64,000 nt of DNA from Candidatus Nanosyncoccus sp. (GCA_045587885.1 JAZNDC010000030.1:1628-65627); one strand, 5' to 3'. Counted from the stretch's first letter, positions 18,248 through 28,900 are shown. Made by a program: numbers and translations. Notes: a model not told the origin generated them from the letters alone.

Positions 18248-19726
18248 ATGAAGGGTTTTTCTAAAAAAGGTGCGGCATCGTTTTATATAGTAGCGTTTTC
18301 TACCTTGATTCTTGTTGTCATTGCTACTAGTTTTGCCGTTTTGATTCTAAATGAAATTACACGTACTTCGAATGATGATTTATCGCAGTCTGCTTATGAT
18401 TCGGCAATGGCTGGTATTGAAGATGCAAAAGTTGCTTTTATGAATTATCAGAGGTGTAAGGAATCTGGTGCGAGGGTCCCAAATGCCAATCAGAAACCAA
18501 CTGGGACTGGCGTTCCGACTTGCGAGGAGATTATGTGGTATGTAGAAAAAATGCCAACTGCTTTTCCAGATGAAAAGTGCTATATGGTTGCACATATTCT
18601 TGGAAGAATCCCTAAAGATGTAAATACGGAAGTAAAAATTAAAGAGACTGAGCAGAGTAGTGACAGTGATAATGGTTTACAACAGGCTTATACTTGTGTG
18701 ATGCTTGATGCGAAATTGGAGGATTATAGAGCGAGTTTGTCTTCGACTACTTCCGAAAAGGTTGTAAAAGTGGAATTAGACGGAACTCAGGCAAGTAGTA
18801 TAGATGCAATAAGAATTAGTTGGTATTCAAATAGGGATGGGGTGCAATATGCGTATTCAAATTATGATTACAATATGTCAACAAGTGGAAGCACCGGACG
18901 GGTCGTGTTTAAACCATTGAATGCAAATGGTGTATCTACGCCTCCAACTATCGCAGTGAAAATGATTCAAACTGCAAGTAGTTTTAGTCTGAATGATTTT
19001 GATAAAACTGTGGATGGGAGAACTAATCGCGGGACGCTTTATCTGGTACCATTTGGCAATATTATTTGTGGACAAAATGAAAGAGCCAAATGGGGTTGCC
19101 AACCAAATAGTACGGTTCAAGTAAAATCGATATTAGAACAAGCTCTCAATGCGACAAACTGGGCGGAACCAGCTACCTTTGTTTATTATAGAAATAATAA
19201 CATTCCTAGTGATGCTTTTGTAAAAAGTAATGATAAGGTGTCGGTTAATAAACCATATCTTGTATATTGTGATGGTGACACATCTACTGAGTTTGCGTGT
19301 AGCGCAGTAATCCATTTACCAAAACCGGTCGGTGGTGAAAGGAATAAGGATACATTTATGTTTACTGTGAGCATTCCATATGAACAGCCTGATACGGATT
19401 TCTCGATGGAGTTTATTTGTAGAGACGGCGTCAATTGCCCGAATACTTCTATTGTCGACTTTGATAATACTGAACATGAGGAGAGAACTGCAAATCTCAA
19501 TAGTGTCCAAGTTGAAATAGATTCCACTGGTCGCGCAAATGATTTATTTAGAAGAGTAAAAACAAGGCTCGAAACCACTGATACGAGCTTTGCGTATGCT
19601 TTTTACGCAATGCAATTGTTTGGTTCTACTTCTGGTTCTGATGGTAGTGTTATCCAAAAAGACCTTAAGGGAGTGATAACAGAGTGGTGTGCCGGCACTA
19701 ATCGTACTGAATGTAAAGAAGGTTGA
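18248..19726 (+). CDS. PilX-like minor pilin
   Basis: KKG/AASFYIV signal lacking E5, and AYDSAMAGIEDAK motif typical of PilX N-termini. Confidence 0.8.
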   Translation: MKGFSKKGAASFYIVAFSTLILVVIATSFAVLILNEITRTSNDDLSQSAYDSAMAGIEDAKVAFMNYQRCKESGARVPNANQKPTGTGVPTCEEIMWYVEKMPTAFPDEKCYMVAHILGRIPKDVNTEVKIKETEQSSDSDNGLQQAYTCVMLDAKLEDYRASLSSTTSEKVVKVELDGTQASSIDAIRISWYSNRDGVQYAYSNYDYNMSTSGSTGRVVFKPLNANGVSTPPTIAVKMIQTASSFSLNDFDKTVDGRTNRGTLYLVPFGNIICGQNERAKWGCQPNSTVQVKSILEQALNATNWAEPATFVYYRNNNIPSDAFVKSNDKVSVNKPYLVYCDGDTSTEFACSAVIHLPKPVGGERNKDTFMFTVSIPYEQPDTDFSMEFICRDGVNCPNTSIVDFDNTEHEERTANLNSVQVEIDSTGRANDLFRRVKTRLETTDTSFAYAFYAMQLFGSTSGSDGSVIQKDLKGVITEWCAGTNRTECKEG

Positions 19727-19772
19727 TGAAGCTTGACTATTTTTGGTTCTTGCGGTATAATACTGACTATAT

Positions 19773-19849
19773 CGCGGGGTAGAGCAGCCTGGTAGCTCGT
19801 TTGGCTCATAACCAAAAGGTCGTTCGTTCAAATCGAACCCCCGCAACCA
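19773..19849 (+). tRNA. trnfM: Initiator tRNA-fMet(CAU)
   Basis: C1:A72 mismatch, cgcgggg acceptor, gagcagcctggtagctc D-arm, TTCAAAT T-loop, CTCATAA loop. Confidence 0.92.
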
Positions 19850-19888
19850 AAATCAGCCTAGATTACCCCCCAATCTAGGCTGATTTTT
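19849..19888. terminator. Bidirectional terminator
   Basis: aaaatcagcctagatt-acccccc-aatctaggctgatttt. Confidence 0.85.
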
Positions 19889-19895
19889 GTGATAG

Positions 19896-21266
19896 TTATT
19901 TTTTGCTTAGAATCTGTTTGGCTGCGGTGCGAATTGCGATAGAATAATTGATGGCGATATGTGGAGTACTGGCGAGTTCTAGTGCGGTGATACGATGGCG
20001 GACAGCTACAGCAAGTTCACCAATTAAAGAACTGGCGTTTGGGGCTACGATTGTGGCGCCAATAATGTTGCAGTTTTTGCCGTCGGCAAGGAGTTTAACA
20101 AATCCATGTGTACGATTGATTTTGCCAGGAAGTGTTTCTTCGAGTTTGACGATGGCGCGTTTGCATTTGTGATCGCGTTTTAATAAATCGTATTCGTTCA
20201 TGCCGACTACAGCAACTTCTGGGTAAGTATTAACTACGCGAGCAAAGCCATTATAATTGATAATATTTTTGGTGCGATGAAGGATATTGGAAGCAAGGAT
20301 AGTACCTTCGTATTCTGCACGTTCAATGGAAGTGTCTGGTGCCCCGATGGCATCGCCGATGGCATAGATGTTTTTGGCAGAGGTTTGGAATAATTTGTTT
20401 ACGATAATGCCGGTGTTTTTGTACTTGACGCCGGCGTTTTCGAGGCCGTAATCTACGATTGGCTGAGAGCCTGTAGCGAGAACAATGCAGTCTACGCGGA
20501 CTTGTTTTTCAGTGTGGTTAGTGCTGAATATTACGCGCTTAGATATATTATCTTGTTCTAGAGCGACGACTTTGCAGTTTGGTAGAACCATAACGCCAAG
20601 TTCTTTAGTGAGGTATTCTGTAATAGTGTCACCGACTTCTTTGTCTTCGCGAGGAAGAAGATGTTCGGAGCGTTCCATGATGAGAACTTTTGTGCCGAGT
20701 TCGGCAAAATATTGAGCGATTTCGCAGCCTGATGCGCCACCTCCCACTACAAGTACGGCTTTTGGTAAGTGACGGATTTTGATGGCAGTTGCTGGAGTAA
20801 GGAAAGTAACGGATTCTAGACCGGAGATTTCATTGGCTTTGAGTTTGGAACCGGTAGCGAGAATGAAATTGTCTGATGTGTATTTGTCGCTACCGACGGC
20901 GATAGTATTATGATCTAGGAAATTGGCTGGACCATTGATACATTTGATGCCGGCCTCCTCCAAATCTTTGGTGCTACCACCGCCAACTAATGTAGAAATG
21001 TGTTCGGAGTGGGTAATAATGGTAGGAAAATTATAATGAATATCTTGACCGCGTAATTCTGGAAAGCTGAGAAGATTTGAAAATGCATGAGAAAAGTTCA
21101 GACAAACATTGTATGGAACGTCGCGCGTGTTTAACGCGGAGCCGCCAAATTTATCTGATTCTACGATAGCGATTTTTTTCTTGGATTTAGACAAAGTAAG
21201 GGCCGCGGCTTTGCCTGCTGGACCGCTACCTAAAATAATGTAATCAAAATCGTGTTTTCTACCCAT
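19896..21266 (-). CDS. Dihydrolipoamide dehydrogenase-like FAD/NAD(P) oxidoreductase lacking the redox disulfide
   Basis: GSGPAG (FAD), GGGASGCE (NAD), TSAKNIYAIGD, dimerisation domain; GGSALNTRDVP replaces GGtCLNxGCIP. Confidence 0.85.
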   Translation of the reverse strand: MGRKHDFDYIILGSGPAGKAAALTLSKSKKKIAIVESDKFGGSALNTRDVPYNVCLNFSHAFSNLLSFPELRGQDIHYNFPTIITHSEHISTLVGGGSTKDLEEAGIKCINGPANFLDHNTIAVGSDKYTSDNFILATGSKLKANEISGLESVTFLTPATAIKIRHLPKAVLVVGGGASGCEIAQYFAELGTKVLIMERSEHLLPREDKEVGDTITEYLTKELGVMVLPNCKVVALEQDNISKRVIFSTNHTEKQVRVDCIVLATGSQPIVDYGLENAGVKYKNTGIIVNKLFQTSAKNIYAIGDAIGAPDTSIERAEYEGTILASNILHRTKNIINYNGFARVVNTYPEVAVVGMNEYDLLKRDHKCKRAIVKLEETLPGKINRTHGFVKLLADGKNCNIIGATIVAPNASSLIGELAVAVRHRITALELASTPHIAINYSIAIRTAAKQILSKK

Positions 21267-21269
21267 ATC

Positions 21270-21512
21270 TTATATTATTTTATCACGAATTTTATAAACA
21301 TAAGCTAAATCTTTGTTGTATTTTTTTGCAGATGTGGAAATATAGCGATTAATGTCTTGCTCGGTGAGGATTTTTTTGCCTTTGATATTCTTTTTCAAGT
21401 CTTTTAGGATTTCTTCGGCAAAGGCTTCTGCTGCGCCGATTGGGATACCAAGCCCTTTCATATTAATCTTGAGGTCTTTTAAAATTTCTTTTTGTAGGTT
21501 ATCGTCTATCAT
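21270..21512 (-). CDS. Hypothetical protein (80 aa)
   Basis: Operonic, overlaps upstream gene by 4 nt. Confidence 0.7.
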   Translation of the reverse strand: MIDDNLQKEILKDLKINMKGLGIPIGAAEAFAEEILKDLKKNIKGKKILTEQDINRYISTSAKKYNKDLAYVYKIRDKII

Positions 21513-22210
21513 TGTGCTAATCCCATATTAATTGTAGCTACGGCTAGAAGAATGTAAGCGATTGGAATGATGAAGCGGAAGAATAGTTTGTTTTGAACGC
21601 GGTGCCTTTGGATTTCGGCGAGATTGTTACCAGAACGATATGATAGATGGATTGAAAACAATGGAATTGTGATTGAGGCGATGAATAAAAAGAGAAGCAG
21701 TGAGCGTGGCGCAAAGTCAATAATGTTTGAGATGACAATCACTATAATATATAGCGGTAAAGTAAAGATTAATTCGGCTGTGCCAGAAAAACATCCAAGC
21801 GCAAAAGCATCTCCACGTGTTTTGACGTTTTTGGCGCGGAAGGTAAGATTTTTGGCAATTTTGCGAGAAACAAATAGCTCTGTACCTTTTGACTTGCGGA
21901 AATAGAAAAAGAATGAAGCTAGGGCAAGTGCGAGGAATATTCCGGCCATAATCCACGAGAATAAACTAGTATTTAGATTATCAATATTATAGAAGATGGT
22001 GTAATAAACAGTATAAAGTAACAAAAATAATAATGTATTAAAGGTTTCGGCGCCGAGGACAAAGCTAAGTGTAAGATCATCGGCTTTGGCGCGGGATTTT
22101 TTACCGGAAGCATAGTGGTAAAAAACCATAAAAATGCTAGGCACAAGTTGTAGAGATGCCTGAATAAGCGTAGCCAGTATTAGTATGCCCACAGAGATGA
22201 AAAAACTCAT
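21509..22210 (-). CDS. Integral membrane protein (~6 TM)
   Basis: Hydrophobic 233-aa ORF; TGTTATAAT 6 nt upstream of ATG on minus strand. Confidence 0.75.
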   Translation of the reverse strand: MSFFISVGILILATLIQASLQLVPSIFMVFYHYASGKKSRAKADDLTLSFVLGAETFNTLLFLLLYTVYYTIFYNIDNLNTSLFSWIMAGIFLALALASFFFYFRKSKGTELFVSRKIAKNLTFRAKNVKTRGDAFALGCFSGTAELIFTLPLYIIVIVISNIIDFAPRSLLLFLFIASITIPLFSIHLSYRSGNNLAEIQRHRVQNKLFFRFIIPIAYILLAVATINMGLAQ

Positions 22211-22269
22211 GCTTTAATTATAACACGGTGGGGGTTGTAATTCCAGATGGAGTTTGCTAGTGTGCAGGC

Positions 22270-23625
22270 ATGAAGAAATTTTTAATAATTTTAGTAACAA
22301 TAATTGGTAGTGTGTTTGTAACTAATTTGGCGTTTGCCGATGGAAATGTACTGCCAGAAATCTATATAAAAGCGATTAATCCGGGTTACACGGTGGATGG
22401 TGTAAGCAATGTCGGAGAGATGATTGAGATTGGTCGCGTGATGGACTCCGACGAACCGTTATCGCTCACTGGGCTAACCATAAGCTATACTAATTCGAGC
22501 GGGAATGAAACCGTATTGGTGGAGTTTCCCGAGAACAGTTGGATGGTCGGTGAGAAAATCCTCCTTCGTTTGGCTAGCTCGCCGGGTCACGAGCTAGCAA
22601 GCGTTCTTTATATGAAGACTTTGGCGGCGAAGGCAGGGCCACTGACGATTCGACGCGGTGAGGAGGTGGTAGATAGTGTGTGCTGGACCGGGAAAGAAGG
22701 ATGTTATAAAGATTTTAAAACGACTAATCCGACGACGTTGGTAAGAAATACGGAAACCGGGTTTTTTGAACACGTGGCGGATTATGAGCCGGAATATGTG
22801 GTAGAGAATTATCGTGAGGATGTAGTAAAAGAAGAACCGCTACCGAGCCAATGTAAAGGTCTAATGTTTTCGGAAGTGTTGACTTATTATGAAAGCGAAA
22901 AGTCGGAACAGTTTATTGAAGTGTATAATTCGAGCGCGGAACAGATTTTGATGGCGGGATGTAGTATTCGGTACAAAAATAAACTATATGGACTTGATGA
23001 AGTAATAAAACCGGAGGAGTATAAAGTAAAGTATTTTGATAATATTAGTTTGACAAAAAATCCTACGAATAAGAATACTTTGGAAATAATAGATGTGAAC
23101 GGCGATGTAGTAGATAAACTCGAAATACTGAATGGGCAGAGGAAAGGCGCGTCTTATGCGTGGATTGGTTTTGATGCGGAGGGGGCAGAGCTTTGGCGGG
23201 TGACGTATGCTTTGACGCCGGGTGAGGCGAATTATTACCAGGAGTACAAAACTTGTGAGGCGGGGAAGGTTATTAATAAGGAGACGGGGAATTGTGTAAA
23301 TGTAACGGAGGTTATAACAAAAGTATGTAAGGATGGTTATTATCTAAATTTGCTAACTGGTAGGTGTAATAAAACAAAAACTACGACAGCGAAGACATGT
23401 AAAGAGGGGTATCGGTTAAATGAAGAGACTGGACGGTGCATAAAAATAAAAGAAAATACTGGCGCGAACTATGCGCTTCAAAAAGAAGAATATGAAGAAA
23501 GCTCGTCTTTTGTGGCACTATATGTAGTGCTAGGAGTAGTAGGAGTTGGACTGATATATATTATATATGAGTTTTGGGGAGAGATTCTAAAGTTTTGGCG
23601 TAAAGTTTTTCGACGATTTCATTAA
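22270..23625 (+). CDS. Surface protein: two lamin-tail-like domains, Cys-rich repeats, C-terminal TM anchor
   Basis: Signal peptide; IYIKAINPG...EMIEI and FSEVLTY...EQFIEVYN LTD-like starts; three C-x2-G-x3-N-x2-TG(R/N)C repeats. Confidence 0.75.
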   Translation: MKKFLIILVTIIGSVFVTNLAFADGNVLPEIYIKAINPGYTVDGVSNVGEMIEIGRVMDSDEPLSLTGLTISYTNSSGNETVLVEFPENSWMVGEKILLRLASSPGHELASVLYMKTLAAKAGPLTIRRGEEVVDSVCWTGKEGCYKDFKTTNPTTLVRNTETGFFEHVADYEPEYVVENYREDVVKEEPLPSQCKGLMFSEVLTYYESEKSEQFIEVYNSSAEQILMAGCSIRYKNKLYGLDEVIKPEEYKVKYFDNISLTKNPTNKNTLEIIDVNGDVVDKLEILNGQRKGASYAWIGFDAEGAELWRVTYALTPGEANYYQEYKTCEAGKVINKETGNCVNVTEVITKVCKDGYYLNLLTGRCNKTKTTTAKTCKEGYRLNEETGRCIKIKENTGANYALQKEEYEESSSFVALYVVLGVVGVGLIYIIYEFWGEILKFWRKVFRRFH

Positions 23626-24196
23626 AAACTACATCGCGTGATTGGTCGCCATTGATACTAATGAGAAGACCAAGCTCTTGATAATGTTGAAGCACTGGTA
23701 AAGTTTTTGTGCGGAATTCTTCAAGACGCGCACGGAATATTTCGATATCTTTATCGTCGGCGCGATCGCCGCGGTCATTTAAAGTCTTGGCGGCTTCGAA
23801 ACGCTTCTCGGCGTCTTCTTCGGTAATATCGAGATGAAGTACGGCTTTGATTTCGTGGCCGGCACTAGCAGCGGCTGTCATAACTGAATTTTCTTCGCCA
23901 TACCAACGCCCAACCGAAGAAAGAATTAGTGGGTATTGGAACAGATCGCGTCGTTCAAAATATGGTAACACCCATTCGAAAAAAACGTTTGTTGGTATGA
24001 GGGCGCCTTTGTCGGAATAAGACTTTTTGGTTTGATTCTCCATAGCACGAACAATAAGTCCTGATGATAAAAATTTGGCACCGAGTGATTCGGCGAGGCG
24101 GATACCTTGGGTGTCTTTGCCGGACATTGGCAGGCCAAAAATATTAATAGAACCTGTACCAAGCCATTCTTTTATGCTAGCAATTTTTTCTTCCAT
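23561..24196 (-). CDS. adk: Adenylate/nucleoside monophosphate kinase
   Basis: FGLPMSGKDTQG P-loop, LSSG, GALIP, RGDRADD, short LID; 3' end overlaps convergent gene. Confidence 0.85.
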   Translation of the reverse strand: MEEKIASIKEWLGTGSINIFGLPMSGKDTQGIRLAESLGAKFLSSGLIVRAMENQTKKSYSDKGALIPTNVFFEWVLPYFERRDLFQYPLILSSVGRWYGEENSVMTAAASAGHEIKAVLHLDITEEDAEKRFEAAKTLNDRGDRADDKDIEIFRARLEEFRTKTLPVLQHYQELGLLISINGDQSRDVVFNEIVEKLYAKTLESLPKTHI

Positions 24197-24317
24197 ATTT
24201 TTATTATAACAAAGAATTTGACATGAAAAAACCCCAGTGGAAATGACCACTGGGGTGGGATTTGCAGTTACTGTTGTACTCCTAATGGAAGAGCGAGTAA
24301 CTGCAGGACTTAAGGTC

Positions 24318-24545
24318 CTAAGCATACTGTTCTTCGATCACGCATTTTACGCCGAACGGGATATTCATTCCTTTTGCGACTTGCCAAGTCTTATCTACGA
24401 CATGGAAGTATCCAACCGTAATCAACTGTCCTTTTGCAGTTTTTTCCGCTTTTACACACAATTTTTCGTTGTTTGGCGGATATACGATGAACGTCCCCTC
24501 CTTTGTGTGAAATGTGATGATGCTTTTTTGCTTAGATTTACCCAT
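24318..24545 (-). CDS. Hypothetical protein (75 aa)
   Basis: GAAAGGGGG SD, own leader hairpins and downstream hairpins. Confidence 0.55.
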   Translation of the reverse strand: MGKSKQKSIITFHTKEGTFIVYPPNNEKLCVKAEKTAKGQLITVGYFHVVDKTWQVAKGMNIPFGVKCVIEEQYA

Positions 24546-24683
24546 AACCTAAGTCCCCCTTTCTGAAAGTACGCTGGGGCGATGTTGCTACCCCAGCTGA
24601 TCTATAGTTAACCCTCTAAATTTCAGAGGGATTTTTCGATTATATAAAAAAATAAGCATGTAGTCAAGAGTTTTTTGACATAA

Positions 24684-24710
24684 TTAGCACTCTTTACATT
24701 TTAGTGCTAA
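24684..24710. promoter_or_regulatory. CIRCE operator (HrcA box)
   Basis: TTAGCACTC-tttacattt-TAGTGCTAA, one mismatch to TTAGCACTC-N9-GAGTGCTAA, directly upstream of hrcA. Confidence 0.92.
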
Positions 24711-24727
24711 TTTACTATAATGTAAGC

Positions 24728-25438
24728 ATGGAAATTACGAAGCGTCAAAGAGAAATCTTGACTCAAATTGTAGAGGAATATGCCGAAACTGCCGCGCCGG
24801 TTGGTAGCATGACAATGGCAAAACTTTTTGGTGTATCACCAGCTACAGTTCGTGCTGAAATGGCGAGACTTGAAGTGCTCGGGCTTGTGGCGCAGCCGCA
24901 TACTTCGGCTGGGCGTGTACCGACTGATGCTGGATATAGATTTTATGTAAATAATCTCGAAAATCGTGAAACTGCTATGGAGCCATCACTTGAACGTGGT
25001 ACGCATGTGCTTGATGTGAGGGTGAATTCGCAATCACGCGCAGATGCGGCAATTCGTGGCGCAGTAGATTCTTTGGTGGAACTTACTGGCAACCTTGGGC
25101 TCGCGACGATTGGTGGACAATTGTATCTTTCTGGTATTTCACAACTATTTACTCAACCAGAGTTTATGGACACTCGTAGAGTGCAGGCGGTCGCAAAATT
25201 ATTGGATAACCTTGAGCCATGGCTTCGTGAAGCAGCACCGGGCGAACCATTAAATATATTTATTGGACAAGAAAATCCGATTGGGCGTAATTCTGGCGTA
25301 TCATTGATTATTTCGAAGTTTCGTTCGCCTTTTTCAGACAAAAGTTATATTGGTGTGCTTGGCCCGACAAGGCAAAATTATTCGAGAGTAACAGCTTTGG
25401 TTCGCCATGCTGGTAATATGTTGGAGGAAATATTATGA
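24728..25438 (+). CDS. hrcA: Heat-inducible transcription repressor HrcA (short form)
   Basis: SPATVRAEMARLE, QPHTSAGRVPTDAGYRFYVN, IGVLGPTRQNY. Confidence 0.95.
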   Translation: MEITKRQREILTQIVEEYAETAAPVGSMTMAKLFGVSPATVRAEMARLEVLGLVAQPHTSAGRVPTDAGYRFYVNNLENRETAMEPSLERGTHVLDVRVNSQSRADAAIRGAVDSLVELTGNLGLATIGGQLYLSGISQLFTQPEFMDTRRVQAVAKLLDNLEPWLREAAPGEPLNIFIGQENPIGRNSGVSLIISKFRSPFSDKSYIGVLGPTRQNYSRVTALVRHAGNMLEEIL

Positions 25439-25854
25439 AAAAAGATATAAAAACTGACGAAAAAATTGCTGAGCTTACAAATGATCTTCAGCGTACGAGG
25501 GCGGATTTTGAAAACTATCGTAAGCAAGTAGAACTTCAAAAACTAAATGAAAAAAACTCTGCGAAACTTGCAACAGTATATAAAATGTTGCCGTTACTTG
25601 ATGATATTGATAGAGCAATTTCTACTTATGCGGAACTTGAGCCTCTCAAAAAATCTATGGAAAAAACTTTGACAGACCTTGGTTTAACCAAAATTCCAGC
25701 AGATGAGACTGTGGAGTTTAATCCAGATTTACATGAGGCGGTAATGGCTGAAGGGGATGGCGACAAGGAGGTAATTGCTGAAGTGCTTCGCCCTGGATAT
25801 TATTATGAATCTGCCGTGCTTCGTCCAGCAATGGTAAAAGTAAAAAAGATTTAG
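25435..25854 (+). CDS. grpE: Nucleotide exchange factor GrpE (short N-terminus)
   Basis: QRTRADFENYRK, LPLLDDIDRA, FNPDLHEAV, GYY...VLRPAMVKV. Confidence 0.93.
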   Translation: MKKDIKTDEKIAELTNDLQRTRADFENYRKQVELQKLNEKNSAKLATVYKMLPLLDDIDRAISTYAELEPLKKSMEKTLTDLGLTKIPADETVEFNPDLHEAVMAEGDGDKEVIAEVLRPGYYYESAVLRPAMVKVKKI

Positions 25855-25904
25855 TTTTGTAATTGGTTGTGGAAAACTTTTTTGAATTTTTTATGTTTTT
25901 GTGG

Positions 25905-25998
25905 TTGCAATAAGCATAAACATATTATAAAATAGTTCCAAATAGGTCATACATTATAAACAAAAAGAGGTGTAATAAATGTTGAGAGGTCATACATT
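25905..25998 (+). promoter_or_regulatory. Promoter with two AGGTCATACATT boxes 43 bp apart
   Basis: TTGCAA-N17-TAAAAT; boxes at 25944-25955 and 25987-25998; same layout recurs at 57914-58009. Confidence 0.7.
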
Positions 25999-28900
25999 TA
26001 TTGGCGGTTTTTCGCAGGAATCGTCAAAAATGATTGGGGCCAGTAAAAGGCTTCGAATTTCTGCGTATTTGTCGGCAAGTTTTTTGCTGATTTTTGGTTT
26101 ACTGGCAGTATTTCCAGTGGCGAGTAGCATATCGGATACAAATGCTGCGAAAAAAGATTTAGGGCAAACAACCCTTGCTATGACCTCTTCTAATTTTTAT
26201 GCGAATCCAAAAGTAACTTCTGCGAATGGCACTTTTTCTTCCACCTCAACCGATATCACTGTATCGACCGATAACTACACTGGTTATACAATTGGTGTAG
26301 CGGCTGCGACTGACGATAGTGATTATTCAAAACTAAAAAGTACGGATTCTGAGCTTAATTCTATTTCTTCTGCTACGAGTGAAGCGGATTTTTCAGCGGC
26401 GGCCGGTACATCTTATAATGGTTTATGGGGATATAAACCAAGTATGCTTGGGTCATCCTCAAATACAAATTATTTACCTGCCCCAACTTTTGCTGGTGAC
26501 GAGCTAAACAAGACAAATAGTCCAAATGAGCAAGCCGATACATATACAATTTCACTTGGCGCAAGGGCGGATGCTTCTACTCCATATGGTAGATACGAGA
26601 ATTCATTTGTGATTAGAACCGTGGCGAATCCAATAGGGGTTTCATTTAATTATAATAAGAATACTGAAGATACTGTGACGAATATGCCGGCAAATATTGC
26701 AGCATCTTTGTCTGATGAAAAAATTGTGGTGTCTGATACTGTGCCGGTGCGTAGTGGTTATGAACTAATTGGTTGGTGTGATGGCGCAACTAAACATGTG
26801 CTAGATGTTGATTACTGTGACGATGACAAACTATATGAAGGCGGCGATGATTATTATTTGGATAGATCTGATGCTAGCGTGGCGGTGGATCTTTATGCAA
26901 TGTGGAAACCAACTGGTGCAAATGATTTTGTTTGTAATCCGCTAGCAACAACAATTTCTGAAGCAATTTGTATGCAAGATATGAACGAGAGTGTGAAGGC
27001 TTCGATGACGGCAGAACAACAGTATCGTTTATATGATAATCGTGACGGTAAAAGATATTATGTGTCTAAACTTGCAGATGGTAACGTGTGGATGACGCAA
27101 AACTTGGATTTTGTGCTTAATGCTTCGATGACTTTGACACATGCTGATACAGATCTTGGTTGGACAAAAAATGATGCGGCTGCCACTTGGTCTCCAGCAA
27201 ATGATACTTTGCTTGATGAAACTTTATGGCCAAATAGTGATACTGAAGCACAGTCTCTAAAGTTGACTAATCGATATTATGTACCGTCCAATACGAAATC
27301 AATTGATAAATCTTATGAAACACTTGAAGAGTGCGAAAGTGTAACTGGTTCAAAGGCTGATTGTGAGCATCGTCAAACTGGTATGATTTACAACTGGACT
27401 GCTGCTGTGGCGACTGATAATCCTAGCGCTGAAGAACTAAATGGAAACGGCACAATTGCACCGGATTCTATTTGTCCAGCTGGATGGAGGCTACCGTATG
27501 GTGCACGTTCTGGTATTAGTTCTGCCGACCATGCTAGTGATTATGGTAGATTGATGTATGCTTATGAATTTTTGCCAGATCCTTCTGCAAATAACTATGG
27601 CGGTAGACCAGATACTGTGATTGGTCAGATTGGCTCGTCTCCGTTGTATTTTGTGCGTACTGGATATATTTATGGTGGGGATTATGGTTTCGAGTATAAA
27701 GGGGAGTATGGTTATTATTGGAGTAGCACTAATGCTATAAGTGGGACTTCTTCTGGAGTAAATGTATTCTATTACTATGCAAGTTCTTATAATCCAAATA
27801 GTGGTCAAATTGGCACTGAGGGTTATTGGAGTAAATATTATGGTATGCCAATAAGATGCGTAGCGCGAAATAGTGCGACTATATCATTTGATGCGAATGG
27901 TGGTACTGGCACAATGGAGTCAATGACTATTTATGGCGACGTGCATTTACCAGAAAACCAATTCACGAAGGCTGATAAATCTTTTGTTGGTTGGAATACA
28001 GAAGCTGATGGCACTGGTACTGGCTATAGTCTTGGCTATGAGACGTCGTTATACTATCCATTGCGTGATAATCCTGATGACGTGACGCTTTATGCGCAGT
28101 GGGAAGATAAAACCAGTATTACTTATGATGGAAATGAAGCCGATAGTGGTAGTGTAGAAACGCAATACGTGGATTATTCAAAGAGTATTGAAATTGCTGA
28201 AAATGGTTTTACCCGTGACGGGTATGCATTCTATGGATGGAATACGGCTGCGGACGGAAGTGGCACGGATTATGACCCGGGTGATACATATACGGCCACT
28301 GTAATTGAAGGTGAAAATGTGACGCTTTATGCAAAATGGCGCGCTAGAACGCTTCACACGGTAAATTATACAGGTAACGGCGTTACTAATTCTGTGGTTT
28401 ATTCTTGCCATGGCGGGACATATACTATTACAAAGTATTCTCATACTCAAAACGTGGACGACACTGGACTTAAACTGAGTAACTACGGTGGGAGCTGGAC
28501 GGAAGCTAATATTACGGGTACCGATAGAGGTGATACTTCTAAGGCACACGTGGTAACTATACCGGGCGCTACTACCTTGAATGTGAAAATATATTATAAC
28601 GGTGAGAGCACAAGCTATGACTGGGTGAGTGTGTGGAGAGGTAGTCATCCTGAATATACCGCAAAGAACGACTACAATTCTACAGGCAATGTTTGGCAGA
28701 AGCTTGGAGGTTCTCAAAGTGGTTCATATACAGTAAATGGCAATTCTTTGACTAATGTGGGGTATTCTTCGACTAATATAAGTGGAGATACCGTGACATT
28801 TGGATTTAGGTCTGATAGTGGTGTTTATGGTCAGGGTTATGGATATTATGCAATTATCACGGGTACTGCAAATGACTTTACTTGTGATGTTGAAGAGGGT

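Noticed and set aside
23561-23625. Tail-to-tail gene overlaps (adk with 22270 gene; recX with PRC gene at 56448-56524) as a special mechanism
   Set aside because: Short convergent overlaps are common in compact genomes, and nothing else supports a function.
24570-24610. Fluoride riboswitch-like ggcgatg...gctgat
   Set aside because: Missing the pseudoknot partner and the conserved core spacing; it is on the wrong strand for the adjacent gene and explained by a simple hairpin.
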